Positions 7,800 to 15,691 of a DNA stretch of 17,089 bases are shown one piece after another. The notes beneath the pieces were generated by a model. The model did not search any database and had not been told where the DNA came from. It was given only the letters and a program-made list of their open reading frames with translations. The stretch is from a bacterium (GTDB lineage: Bacteria; Eisenbacteria; RBG-16-71-46). The DNA is taken from assembly GCA_043779265.1 (NCBI GenBank), contig JAYWEM010000160.1, positions 1 through 17,089 on the forward strand. The letters are read 5' to 3'. Within the stretch, counting starts at the first letter, position 1. Each line of letters starts with the position of its first letter. The position numbers and the translations under genes are program-made.

Positions 7800-8110
7800 T
7801 CGGTGATCTCCAGCGTGACGCGACGGTCCATGCGTGACGAGGCGGCGCCGAGCACCAGACGCAGTGCGTTCGCCGTGCGGCCCTCGCGACCGATCACGTG
7901 GCCCATGTCGTCCTGATGTGTCGACAACTCGAGCACACCGTCGTCGCCAGCGCTCAGGATCTCGCAGGTGACGTCGTCCGGATGATCGACCAGGCCCTTG
8001 GCCATGTGGATCACCAGGTCGCGGAGCTTGTGGTCGGTATCATCGGGGTCGCGGTGGACACGCGGGGCCGAGCGGGCGGCGGACGAGGCGGACGAGCCGC
8101 CGCCGATCAT
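7796..8110 (-). CDS. khpA: Single KH-domain RNA-binding protein KhpA (YlqC/UPF0109)
   Basis: LRDLVIHMAKGLVDHPDDV...DDMGHVIGREGRTANALR...RVTLEI with GxxG loop; canonical position upstream of rimM. Start re-called to ATG 8110, overlapping the upstream stop (ATGA). Confidence 0.92.
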   Translation of the reverse strand: MIGGGSSASSAARSAPRVHRDPDDTDHKLRDLVIHMAKGLVDHPDDVTCEILSAGDDGVLELSTHQDDMGHVIGREGRTANALRLVLGAASSRMDRRVTLEITD

Positions 8111-9117
8111 GCCTTCGGGGCGAGGGGCACGGACGATAGTCGCAGCCCGCTCCACACCAACAGCATCGTCGACAGGCCCGACAGCAGGAGCACCTTCAGC
8201 GGCTGCGGATCCTGCAGAATAGCGATTCCGGCGGCGCTGAGGACGGCCGTACTGCACCAGATCAGGAGAACGGTTCGGATCGGACATCGGAGGAGGGTCG
8301 CCAATCGGTGGTTGGAGTGGTCCTTGCCGCCCAGCCAGACCGGGCGGCCATCGCGCATGCGCGTCACGATCACGAAGATCATGTCGAACGCAGGATACGC
8401 GAGCATGAGCAGGGGGCCAGCTTGGCCCCACCCCGGGGGTGTCGCCCGGAGGGCGAGCAGCGCCGAAGCGCCGAGACTATAGCCCAGAAACAGACTGCCC
8501 GCGTCACCCAGGAAGATACGGGCCCGCGGGAAGTTATGGGGAAGGAAACCGAAGCAGGCGCCGGCCAGGGCCAGCTGGGCTGCGGCAGTCCCGTGGGCCC
8601 CCCGCTCGAGCGAGGTCCAGGCGAAGGCCGCCAGGGTCAGGGCGGCGATCCCCCCCACCATGCCGTTCATGTTGTCGAGGAAGTTGACCGCGTTCATCAA
8701 GGCGATCAGGGCCACCAGTGCCAGAACCGCCTCGATCCCCACCGGCAGCCCGAGTTCAGGGGTGACGCCCGCGGCGAGGAGCAGCGTTCCGGCCGCCGCC
8801 TGACCGAGCATCTTGACCGAGGGCTGCATGCCGAAGCGGTCGTCCCAGACCCCCACACCGAGCGCGACGGCCGCTCCCGTCAGCAGGTAGTAGGCCTCCC
8901 AGTCGGCCGGGGCCCGCGGCAGCACCCGGGTGGCGACGAGCCAGGTGATCAAGGCCGCCACGAACACGCTCACGCCGCCGAGCAACGGCGTCGCCGAGGT
9001 GTGCAGCTTGCGCGCCTCCGGGAGGTCGATGAACCCGATGGCGGTGGCGAGGCGCACGACCCACGGCACGAACAGCCACGAGAGCACAGCGGCGAGCGGG
9101 AATGCGGCCAAGGGCAC
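8107..9117 (-). CDS. WecA/TagO-like polyprenyl-phosphate HexNAc-1-phosphate transferase (MraY/PNPT family)
   Basis: DLPEARKLH...TPLLGG, GVWDDRFG, NAVNFLDNMNG, GFLPHNFPRARIFLGDAGS, KDHSNHRL, with multiple TM helices. Start re-called to GTG 9117 (GGAG 5 nt upstream), which avoids overlap with the epimerase. Confidence 0.92.
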   Translation of the reverse strand: MPLAAFPLAAVLSWLFVPWVVRLATAIGFIDLPEARKLHTSATPLLGGVSVFVAALITWLVATRVLPRAPADWEAYYLLTGAAVALGVGVWDDRFGMQPSVKMLGQAAAGTLLLAAGVTPELGLPVGIEAVLALVALIALMNAVNFLDNMNGMVGGIAALTLAAFAWTSLERGAHGTAAAQLALAGACFGFLPHNFPRARIFLGDAGSLFLGYSLGASALLALRATPPGWGQAGPLLMLAYPAFDMIFVIVTRMRDGRPVWLGGKDHSNHRLATLLRCPIRTVLLIWCSTAVLSAAGIAILQDPQPLKVLLLSGLSTMLLVWSGLRLSSVPLAPKA

Positions 9118-9145
9118 GGGGACTCCGGGGACGCGGTGGCCGAGG

Positions 9146-10144
9146 CTAGTCGGCAGCCACCTCGATGGGACAGGCGATGCCCATCTGGTCACACGTGTCG
9201 CGGATGGTCATGTCGAGCAGTCGATCGAGCGTGACCTGCGGCCGATAGCCGACGTAGCGGCGGATCTTCCTCAGATCCGGCACGCGACGGCGCATGTCCT
9301 CGAACGAGGCGCCGTACACCTTCTCGTACGGCGTGAACTGGATGGCCGAGTCACTGTGGCACATGCCCTTGATGCGCTGGGCCAGCTCGAGCACGGTGAC
9401 TTCCTCATCCGAGCCGAGATTGAACGCCTCGCCCTCGGCCTCGGGAGCGTCCATCAGCATGAGCATGCCGCGCACGACATCGAAGACGGCGCCGAAGCAA
9501 CGCGACTGACGGCCGTCTCCGTAGACGAGGATGGGCTCGTTCTTGAGCGCGCGCTGCACCATGCTCGGGATCACCATGCCGTAGGCGGAGGACTGCCGCG
9601 GCCCGCAGGTGTTGAAGCAGCGGACGATGACCATCGGCAGTTGGTACTGCTGGTGGTAGGCGTAGGCGAGGCATTCATCGACGGCCTTGCCGGCGGCATA
9701 GGACCAGCGCAGCTTGTGGGACGGACCCATCAGGCGATCATCGTCCTCGGCGAACGGCACCGTGACGCCCTTGCCATAGACCTCGCTGGTCGAGGTGACG
9801 AGCACTTTGCGCCGATGCAGATGGCAGGCCTCGAGCACGACCTCGGTGCCGCGGATATTGGTCAGCAGCGAGCGCAGCGGATGCTCGAGCACGTACTTCA
9901 CGCCGACCGCGGCCGCGAGATGGATCACCTGGTCGCACTGGGCGACGAGCCCGGCGACCAGAGCCAGATCCTGGACGTCACCCTCGAGGAAGCGGAAGCG
10001 CGGATGGAGTTCGAAGGTGCGGAGATTCTCGACGGAGCCCGTCGATAGATCATCGAGCGCCCAGACCTCGTGGCCTCGGCGCAACAGCTCCTCGGAAAGG
10101 TGCGAGCCGATGAAACCCGCTCCCCCCGTGACCAGGATCCTCAT
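9146..10144 (-). CDS. NAD-dependent nucleotide-sugar epimerase/dehydratase (extended SDR)
   Basis: MRILVTGGAGFIGSHL (GxxGxxG), IHLAAAVGV, TSTSEVYG, YAAGK (YxxxK), RCFNTCGPRQ, GDGRQSRCF. Start is ATG 10144 or 10150; SD spacing favours 10144. Substrate cannot be assigned by eye. Confidence 0.95.
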   Translation of the reverse strand: MRILVTGGAGFIGSHLSEELLRRGHEVWALDDLSTGSVENLRTFELHPRFRFLEGDVQDLALVAGLVAQCDQVIHLAAAVGVKYVLEHPLRSLLTNIRGTEVVLEACHLHRRKVLVTSTSEVYGKGVTVPFAEDDDRLMGPSHKLRWSYAAGKAVDECLAYAYHQQYQLPMVIVRCFNTCGPRQSSAYGMVIPSMVQRALKNEPILVYGDGRQSRCFGAVFDVVRGMLMLMDAPEAEGEAFNLGSDEEVTVLELAQRIKGMCHSDSAIQFTPYEKVYGASFEDMRRRVPDLRKIRRYVGYRPQVTLDRLLDMTIRDTCDQMGIACPIEVAAD

Positions 10145-10245
10145 GTCCATCCCTCGAGAGTCGTCAGTGGCATCCGTGCGGACAGGCGGGGCCAGGCCCT
10201 CCGAACGTCGAGGCAGCCTGCAGCGGACGGACTCTTCGGTGAGGA

Positions 10246-10274
10246 AAGGTAGAGAAGCGGTGGCACCGGGTCAA
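10246..10274 (-). promoter_or_regulatory. Putative sigma70-type promoter for the epimerase-wecA-khpA-rimM-trmD-wzx... block
   Basis: Minus strand TTGACC (10274-10269), 17-nt spacer, TACCTT (10251-10246), in the only large intergenic gap of the cluster (about 230 bp). Confidence 0.6.
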
Positions 10275-10379
10275 ACTCCTTTGCCAGAACGGCTTCGCCC
10301 GGTCCTCGTGAACACGCCCCGTGCCCTGTCCTACCGTCTCGGGCCCCTCCGGGTTCCCGCCTGCGTACAGCTTGGACGC

Positions 10380-11945
10380 TCAGTCCGCCGAAGCGTCACG
10401 TCGGACCCAGCGCTGGACGACGATCCGGTGGTCGTAGCCGGGCATCCCGGTCAACCGCCGCTTGAGGGCCTGATAGGTCGGGTCGATCGGCAGCCAGCCC
10501 TGCTCGTGGTCGAGCGTGCCCCACCTCGCCAACCGCTTCTCGACCTGGTGACCGCCTCGGACCCGCTGGCTGCCGTCTCTCGAGAGACGAACGAACCAGA
10601 TCCGTGAGATGCGCGGGTCCGAGAGCATGGCGAGCGTGGAGGCCTCGATCACCGGATCTCCGAACGGGATCCCGGGACGGCCACGCTCGAACAGGTAGTA
10701 CGGCACGCCCGTGTCATCCTCGGCCAACACGCCATCGCCCGCCTGCAGCCGCGGCCCGAGGTCGGCGGCGACCTCACGACCCGGCGTCAGGTAGATGGGG
10801 TTCATCCAGCCCTCGGCCCGGTGGAGGTTCACCCAACCGCTCGTCCAGGCGATGAGCAGCGCGCCGGTCAGCGCGATGCGCAGCAGTCGAGGGTAGACCG
10901 GGTCGAGCGCCGCGATCGCGAGCACGACGGCCGCGAATGGCCACATGAAGAGCGTGCGAGCCGGCAGCCCGACGAATGGCGTCGCGTGCGCCAGCGTGCC
11001 GATCACGATCCACGCCAGAGCGAGCGCAGTGAGCGCGGGCACGAGAACCGAACGGCCGAGCCCCCGTCGCACCGCGGCCAGCGCGCCCAGCGCGAGCAGC
11101 GCACTGCCGCCCACGAGACCGGCGATCCCGGCGGCGGTCCACGGGGCCTGCAGTTCGGTCGCCGTCAGCGCCTGGAGATCGAATGCGAGCATGAGCGCGA
11201 GCCCGGTCGGCCCGGTGATCACCGAGGGCAGGAGCCCCTGCGCCTGCTTCACCTGCTGCACCAGCGCCAGCAGCCACGGCAGGAACAGCACGAACCCGCC
11301 GCCCGCAGCCGCGATCCAGGCCTTCCACAGCCTCGGACGACGACGCTGCGCCGCGAGTGCCCAGACGAAGTGCGCGAGCACGAGGCACACGGCGACGTAG
11401 GAGGTGTAGAGCAGCGCCGCCACGCTCAATCCGTAGAGCAGCCACGAACGGGGCCCGCCGCGCTTGACCGCCAGACGCACGAACAGCCCATGCGCCAGAA
11501 CCGCCAGAAGAGCTGCGAACGCGTAGTAGCGCCCCATCCGCGCGTACAGGAAGAACTGCGGGCAGAGCGCGAGCATCCACGCGGTGGCCGCGCACAAGCG
11601 TTCGTTCAGCACCGGACGGAACGCCCAGTAGGTGGCGGGGATGGTCGCGATCCCCGAGAGCAGCGACAGCAGCCTCAGGCCCGATTCGGAATCCCCGACC
11701 CACCGCACGACGAAGGACTCGAGCAGGAAGTAGAGCGGCGGATGCAGATCGCTCCGCAGCGTGGCTATCAGTGCGGGCAAGTCGAGCCGCATCCAACGAG
11801 CCGTGTAGATCTCATCGCACCACAGCCCGGGATCGCCGAGCCGCCAGCCGGCGAGCACCGCCGCGACGATGCACGCCAGCACCATCCACACGGGACCGGG
11901 AGCGAACACGGGCCCCAGGCCGAGCCAGCGACGAGGCTCGTTCAC
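10380..11945 (-). CDS. GT-C fold membrane glycosyltransferase (ArnT/PMT-like, GT39/GT83-type)
   Basis: Start re-called to GTG 11945 (GTGA overlap). TM1 is followed by LWCDE (acidic loop motif), DLHPPLYF, SESGLRLLS, ARMGRYYA, many TM helices and a soluble C-terminal domain. Confidence 0.85.
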   Translation of the reverse strand: MNEPRRWLGLGPVFAPGPVWMVLACIVAAVLAGWRLGDPGLWCDEIYTARWMRLDLPALIATLRSDLHPPLYFLLESFVVRWVGDSESGLRLLSLLSGIATIPATYWAFRPVLNERLCAATAWMLALCPQFFLYARMGRYYAFAALLAVLAHGLFVRLAVKRGGPRSWLLYGLSVAALLYTSYVAVCLVLAHFVWALAAQRRRPRLWKAWIAAAGGGFVLFLPWLLALVQQVKQAQGLLPSVITGPTGLALMLAFDLQALTATELQAPWTAAGIAGLVGGSALLALGALAAVRRGLGRSVLVPALTALALAWIVIGTLAHATPFVGLPARTLFMWPFAAVVLAIAALDPVYPRLLRIALTGALLIAWTSGWVNLHRAEGWMNPIYLTPGREVAADLGPRLQAGDGVLAEDDTGVPYYLFERGRPGIPFGDPVIEASTLAMLSDPRISRIWFVRLSRDGSQRVRGGHQVEKRLARWGTLDHEQGWLPIDPTYQALKRRLTGMPGYDHRIVVQRWVRRDASAD

Positions 11946-13093
11946 GCGACGCGCTTCCCGCGTGCTCGCTCGTCCGCGCGCGCGCACGCGAACGCGTAGG
12001 CCGCGTCGACGCCGCGCATCATCGCGGCGCGCGAGAACACGGTGCGCGCGCGCTCCCGACCCGCCGCGCCGAACCGCGCGCGGCGCACGGGGTCGTCCAT
12101 CAGGCGCCGCAGTGCGCCGGCGAGTGCATCGGGGTCCCCGGGCGGGACCACGAGCCCCGTCTCGCCGTCTCGATTGACGAACGTCGTGCCCGTGCCGAGT
12201 TCGGTGCACACCACCGGCAGCCCGGCTGCCAGGTACTCGATCATCGCGATCCCGAGGGCCTCGCTCGGATGTGTGCTCGGCAGCACGCCGACCTCGGCTG
12301 CGCCGAGATGCGAGTGCAGAACGTCATCACTCACCGCGCCCGCGAACACGACTCGATCTCCGAGCCCCAGTCTCGCGTGCTGCGCCTTCAGGCGAGCCTC
12401 CTCGGGGCCGTCTCCGACCACGACCAATCGGCCATCCCAGCGCGTCATCGCATCCAGCAGCACATCGACGCCCTTGTAATAGCGCAGCCGACCGACGAAG
12501 AGCACGAACGGGCCACCGTAACGCTCACGTAGATCGCGCACAGCCACTGACCCGCGATCGATCCGTTCGAAGGCCTCGAGTTCGATCCCGAGCGGCACGA
12601 CGTGGCACTTGCCGCGATGCGGCCGCAGGAACGGCGAGTGCTCGATGTAGCGATCCGAGGTCGGCATCAGCACATCGGCCCTCGCGAGCAGCGTCCGCAC
12701 GAACGGTCCGTAGAGCGGCATCACGAGGCGCTGCCGCACGACATCCGCGTGGTAGGTCACCGCGAGCGCACCATCGGGCCGGTGCAGCAGCCAGCTCAAC
12801 TCCCCCGTCGGGTTCGGGTAGTGCAGATGCCAGACGTCGGCCCCCATCGCCGCCAACTCGCGCGGGAAGGACGGGCACAAGGGAGCCGAGAGCGCGCGTG
12901 CCCACTCGGCCACGCGGATCACGCGCACGCCGGCGATCGACTCGCGAACGGTCTCACGGCCGCCACTCGCCGAGACCAGCACGCTCACGTCGTGCCCCGC
13001 CTCGACCTGCGCTCGCGCCATGCGCTCGATGGTCTGCTCGATGCCGCCTCTCACGGGCGGGTGATAGTCCTTGTAGACGTGGACGATCCTCAT
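11942..13093 (-). CDS. Glycosyltransferase family 4
   Basis: Start re-called to ATG 13093 (MRIVHVYKDYHPPVRGGIE; ATGA overlap). HLHYPNP, TYHAD, FVGRLRYYKG, LPSTHPSEALGIAMIE. Confidence 0.93.
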   Translation of the reverse strand: MRIVHVYKDYHPPVRGGIEQTIERMARAQVEAGHDVSVLVSASGGRETVRESIAGVRVIRVAEWARALSAPLCPSFPRELAAMGADVWHLHYPNPTGELSWLLHRPDGALAVTYHADVVRQRLVMPLYGPFVRTLLARADVLMPTSDRYIEHSPFLRPHRGKCHVVPLGIELEAFERIDRGSVAVRDLRERYGGPFVLFVGRLRYYKGVDVLLDAMTRWDGRLVVVGDGPEEARLKAQHARLGLGDRVVFAGAVSDDVLHSHLGAAEVGVLPSTHPSEALGIAMIEYLAAGLPVVCTELGTGTTFVNRDGETGLVVPPGDPDALAGALRRLMDDPVRRARFGAAGRERARTVFSRAAMMRGVDAAYAFACARADERARGKRVA

Positions 13094-14205
13094 GACTCGT
13101 CCGCCTCGGGCGTCAGCGCCTCGCGCATGACCGCCAGGGTCTCCCGGGCGCAGCGCTCGTACGTGAAGTGCTTCACGCGCTGGAGCCCCGCATCCTGCAG
13201 CCGGGCTCGCCACTCGGCGTCGCGGGCCACACCATCGATCGCCGTGGCCCAGGCCCCGGGGGAATCCGGGTCGCAGAACAACGCCGCGCCCTCGCCCGTT
13301 TCACGCAGCGTCGGGATGTCGCTCGCGATCACCGCCGCGCCATGCCGGAACGCTTCGACCAGCGGGAAGCCGAAGCCCTCGTAGCGTGTCGGGAACAGCA
13401 CAACGGTCGCATGCGAGTAGAGCCACGCGAGTTCGTCCTCCTCGACGCGCCCGAGCACCGTGACCTGCTGCGCTCCCGCGTCGCGTGCGAGGTCGTCGAA
13501 CCTCGGATGGCGCGGATCGATCGGGCCGGCGGACACCAGTTGCAATGTGGGCTTGTCGCCCAACTGTGCCCAGGCGCGCGCCAGCATCGGCAGGTTCTTG
13601 TGCGGCTTGTTCACGCCGACGATCAGAGCGAAGGGGTCCCTGGGGAGCGATGCCGGTCGCCTCGGTTCGATCGCGCCACGGCCCGGAGGGACTCCCAGAT
13701 GGACGACGCGCACGAGGCTCTCGCTGACCGCGGACAGCTCGGCGATCTCGGCCTTGCTGAACTCGCTGCTCGTCACCACCAGCCGCGCCCTCGCCGCCCA
13801 GGCGATCATCAGCTGGTAGAACATGCGACGCAGGAACGGCAGTCCGCCGGGCAGCCGAAGCGGCCAGACATCGTGCAAAGTGAGCACGCACGGGCAGCCC
13901 GCCCCGACCGGCAGCAGGTAGAACGGCGAGAAGTAGAGGTCGGGCTTCACCTCGCGGAGCCACGCGCCGACTCGAGGGAGCATGTGAGGCGCCACGGGCG
14001 CCCACTTCATCTCGACCCAAGTGACGCGCGGGTGGGACCGAATCGGGCCGAAGTCGAAACGCGTCTGCCGAAGCAACGGATTCCAGAGCACGATGTACTG
14101 CTCATCTCCGGGCGACTGCAGCAGGCCCTCGAGTAGGCAGAACGCGTGCGTGCCGATCCCCGGGAAGTGGTCGGCCGCGTATCGCAGGTCGTAGACGACT
14201 CTCAT
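13090..14205 (-). CDS. Glycosyltransferase family 4 (MtfB/mannosyltransferase-like)
   Basis: Start re-called to ATG 14205 (MRVVYDLRYAADHFPGIG; ATGA overlap). LTLHDVWP, TSSEFSK, KPHKNL, FPTRYEGFGFPLVEAF, SDIPTLRE. Confidence 0.93.
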   Translation of the reverse strand: MRVVYDLRYAADHFPGIGTHAFCLLEGLLQSPGDEQYIVLWNPLLRQTRFDFGPIRSHPRVTWVEMKWAPVAPHMLPRVGAWLREVKPDLYFSPFYLLPVGAGCPCVLTLHDVWPLRLPGGLPFLRRMFYQLMIAWAARARLVVTSSEFSKAEIAELSAVSESLVRVVHLGVPPGRGAIEPRRPASLPRDPFALIVGVNKPHKNLPMLARAWAQLGDKPTLQLVSAGPIDPRHPRFDDLARDAGAQQVTVLGRVEEDELAWLYSHATVVLFPTRYEGFGFPLVEAFRHGAAVIASDIPTLRETGEGAALFCDPDSPGAWATAIDGVARDAEWRARLQDAGLQRVKHFTYERCARETLAVMREALTPEADES

Positions 14206-15686
14206 TCCGGCCGCTCGGAAGCGCGTACCAATCGCGCGAGCGCCACGGCGAACCCGAACACCACCCAGACGAAGGAGCGCAGCCAGAAGTCGTAGAAGAC
14301 GTTCGAGACGGCCATCGCGGCGAACGCGGCGAGCATCCCGGCCAGCAGCGCATGCATCTCGGGGTCCCGGGATTCGAGCGCTGAAGAGCGCCAAGCCCGC
14401 CGAACCTGCGTCACGATCACGATGAGCAGGGCCGCCATCGCCACGCCGCCCACGACTCCGCTCTCCGCCAACCATCCGACGAAGGCATTGTGAGCCATCA
14501 TCGACGTCGCGCCGGGTTCGAGTTCGCGCCCGTAATGTGCACCGAAGTTCCGCAGTCCCACGCCGGTGATGGGGAATCGCGCGAAGAGTTCGAGCGCGAA
14601 GACGAATGCTGACTCGTGTGTGCGCGCGGAGACATCGTGGGAGGAGAAGCTCCCCATCAGGCGCGCGACGATGAGGAAGACCTTCACACCGGCCACGGCG
14701 GCCACTGAGACGCCGGCGACGACCAGCGCTCCCAGGCCGGTCCAGAGTCGAGGCGAGCGGAGCCAGGATGGGCGAAGCAGGAGGAGCACTCCCATGCCCA
14801 CGACGGCGGCGAGCACTCCGCTTCGCGAGAGTGACAGGATCAGCGCGATGACGCCGAGCGCCAGCGTGCTCCACACGCTGACGAATCGAGCACGCGATGC
14901 GCTCGCCCACGGGCCGAGGGCCAATGCGGCGAGAATGGGGATCATCGCTGCGAGGAAACCGCCGAAGATATTCGGATCGTTGAAGAGTCCGTTCGCCCGG
15001 AACGTGCTCGTCAGTTGGTGGATCACCGGTGCACCGATGCTGTACTCGAACTCGGGATTCCCGAACCGACGGAGGAACCCGAGATCCAGGTTCCGCTTGA
15101 AGACCGCGATCGCGATCATCTGCGCAACCCCGAACGCAGCGCCTATCGCGACGCTCCACTGCAAGGCGATCAGCGCGCGGCTCACGTGAGCGCGAGTACG
15201 GATCCCGGTGAGCGTCGACCAGAATGCGGCACCGGCGACGGGGATGATGAACGCGCGAGCAAGCGCAGGGCGCATCTCGATCGCCATGATGCACGAGAGC
15301 ACGCCCGCGAACGTGAGCGCCGCGAACAGCCATAGGAATCCGCCTTCCTCGAGTGGCGCCGGCTGTTCCAGCCATCGCAAGACGAGGATCAGACCCCAGA
15401 CCGCCAGGATCACGTACTCGGGGAAGACCGTCACGAAGCCAAGATAGAAATTGAACTTCGTGTTGCCCATGACAGCGATGAGTGCCAGCGGAAGCACGCT
15501 CGGATGCCGCCACAACAGAGCTGCCACAAGGATCGAGCCGAGCACGAGCACCGCTGCGAGAGGAGCGAACGCACCAGCGATTCCGGCGATCGCGAGGATC
15601 GCCCATCGCGCCCGCGAGAAGCGCTTCTCGTTCGCGACCCATGAGTTCGCGAGGTCGCTCCAGCGTGCAGGCGTGGTCGGCACCAC
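14202..15686 (-). CDS. O-antigen ligase / Wzy polymerase / O-oligosaccharyltransferase family membrane protein
   Basis: Many TM segments; RANGLFNDPNIFGG, LSLSRSG, PITGVGLRNF, AHNAFVGWLAESGVVG (Wzy_C-type Arg/His motifs). Start uncertain (GTG 15686 or 15683, CTG 15695, TTG 15725). Confidence 0.88.
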   Translation of the reverse strand: MVPTTPARWSDLANSWVANEKRFSRARWAILAIAGIAGAFAPLAAVLVLGSILVAALLWRHPSVLPLALIAVMGNTKFNFYLGFVTVFPEYVILAVWGLILVLRWLEQPAPLEEGGFLWLFAALTFAGVLSCIMAIEMRPALARAFIIPVAGAAFWSTLTGIRTRAHVSRALIALQWSVAIGAAFGVAQMIAIAVFKRNLDLGFLRRFGNPEFEYSIGAPVIHQLTSTFRANGLFNDPNIFGGFLAAMIPILAALALGPWASASRARFVSVWSTLALGVIALILSLSRSGVLAAVVGMGVLLLLRPSWLRSPRLWTGLGALVVAGVSVAAVAGVKVFLIVARLMGSFSSHDVSARTHESAFVFALELFARFPITGVGLRNFGAHYGRELEPGATSMMAHNAFVGWLAESGVVGGVAMAALLIVIVTQVRRAWRSSALESRDPEMHALLAGMLAAFAAMAVSNVFYDFWLRSFVWVVFGFAVALARLVRASERPE

Positions 15687-15691
15687 CGAGA

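Noticed and set aside
8111..8431. 211-aa long form of KhpA
   Set aside because: It overlaps the conserved C-terminus of the WecA-like gene. The ATGA-coupled start at 8110 is more plausible.
10151..10379. Hidden rpsP, sigma54 promoter or ops/JUMPStart element in the gap
   Set aside because: No S16-like translation was found. TGGCAAAGGAGTTTGA lacks the -12 GC at the correct spacing, and GACGGTAG is only a partial ops match upstream of the predicted promoter.
13090..15642. 850-aa ORF as a novel fusion glycosyltransferase
   Set aside because: The N-terminal part overlaps the ligase/Wzy gene in another frame. The real GT4 starts at the coupled ATG 14205.
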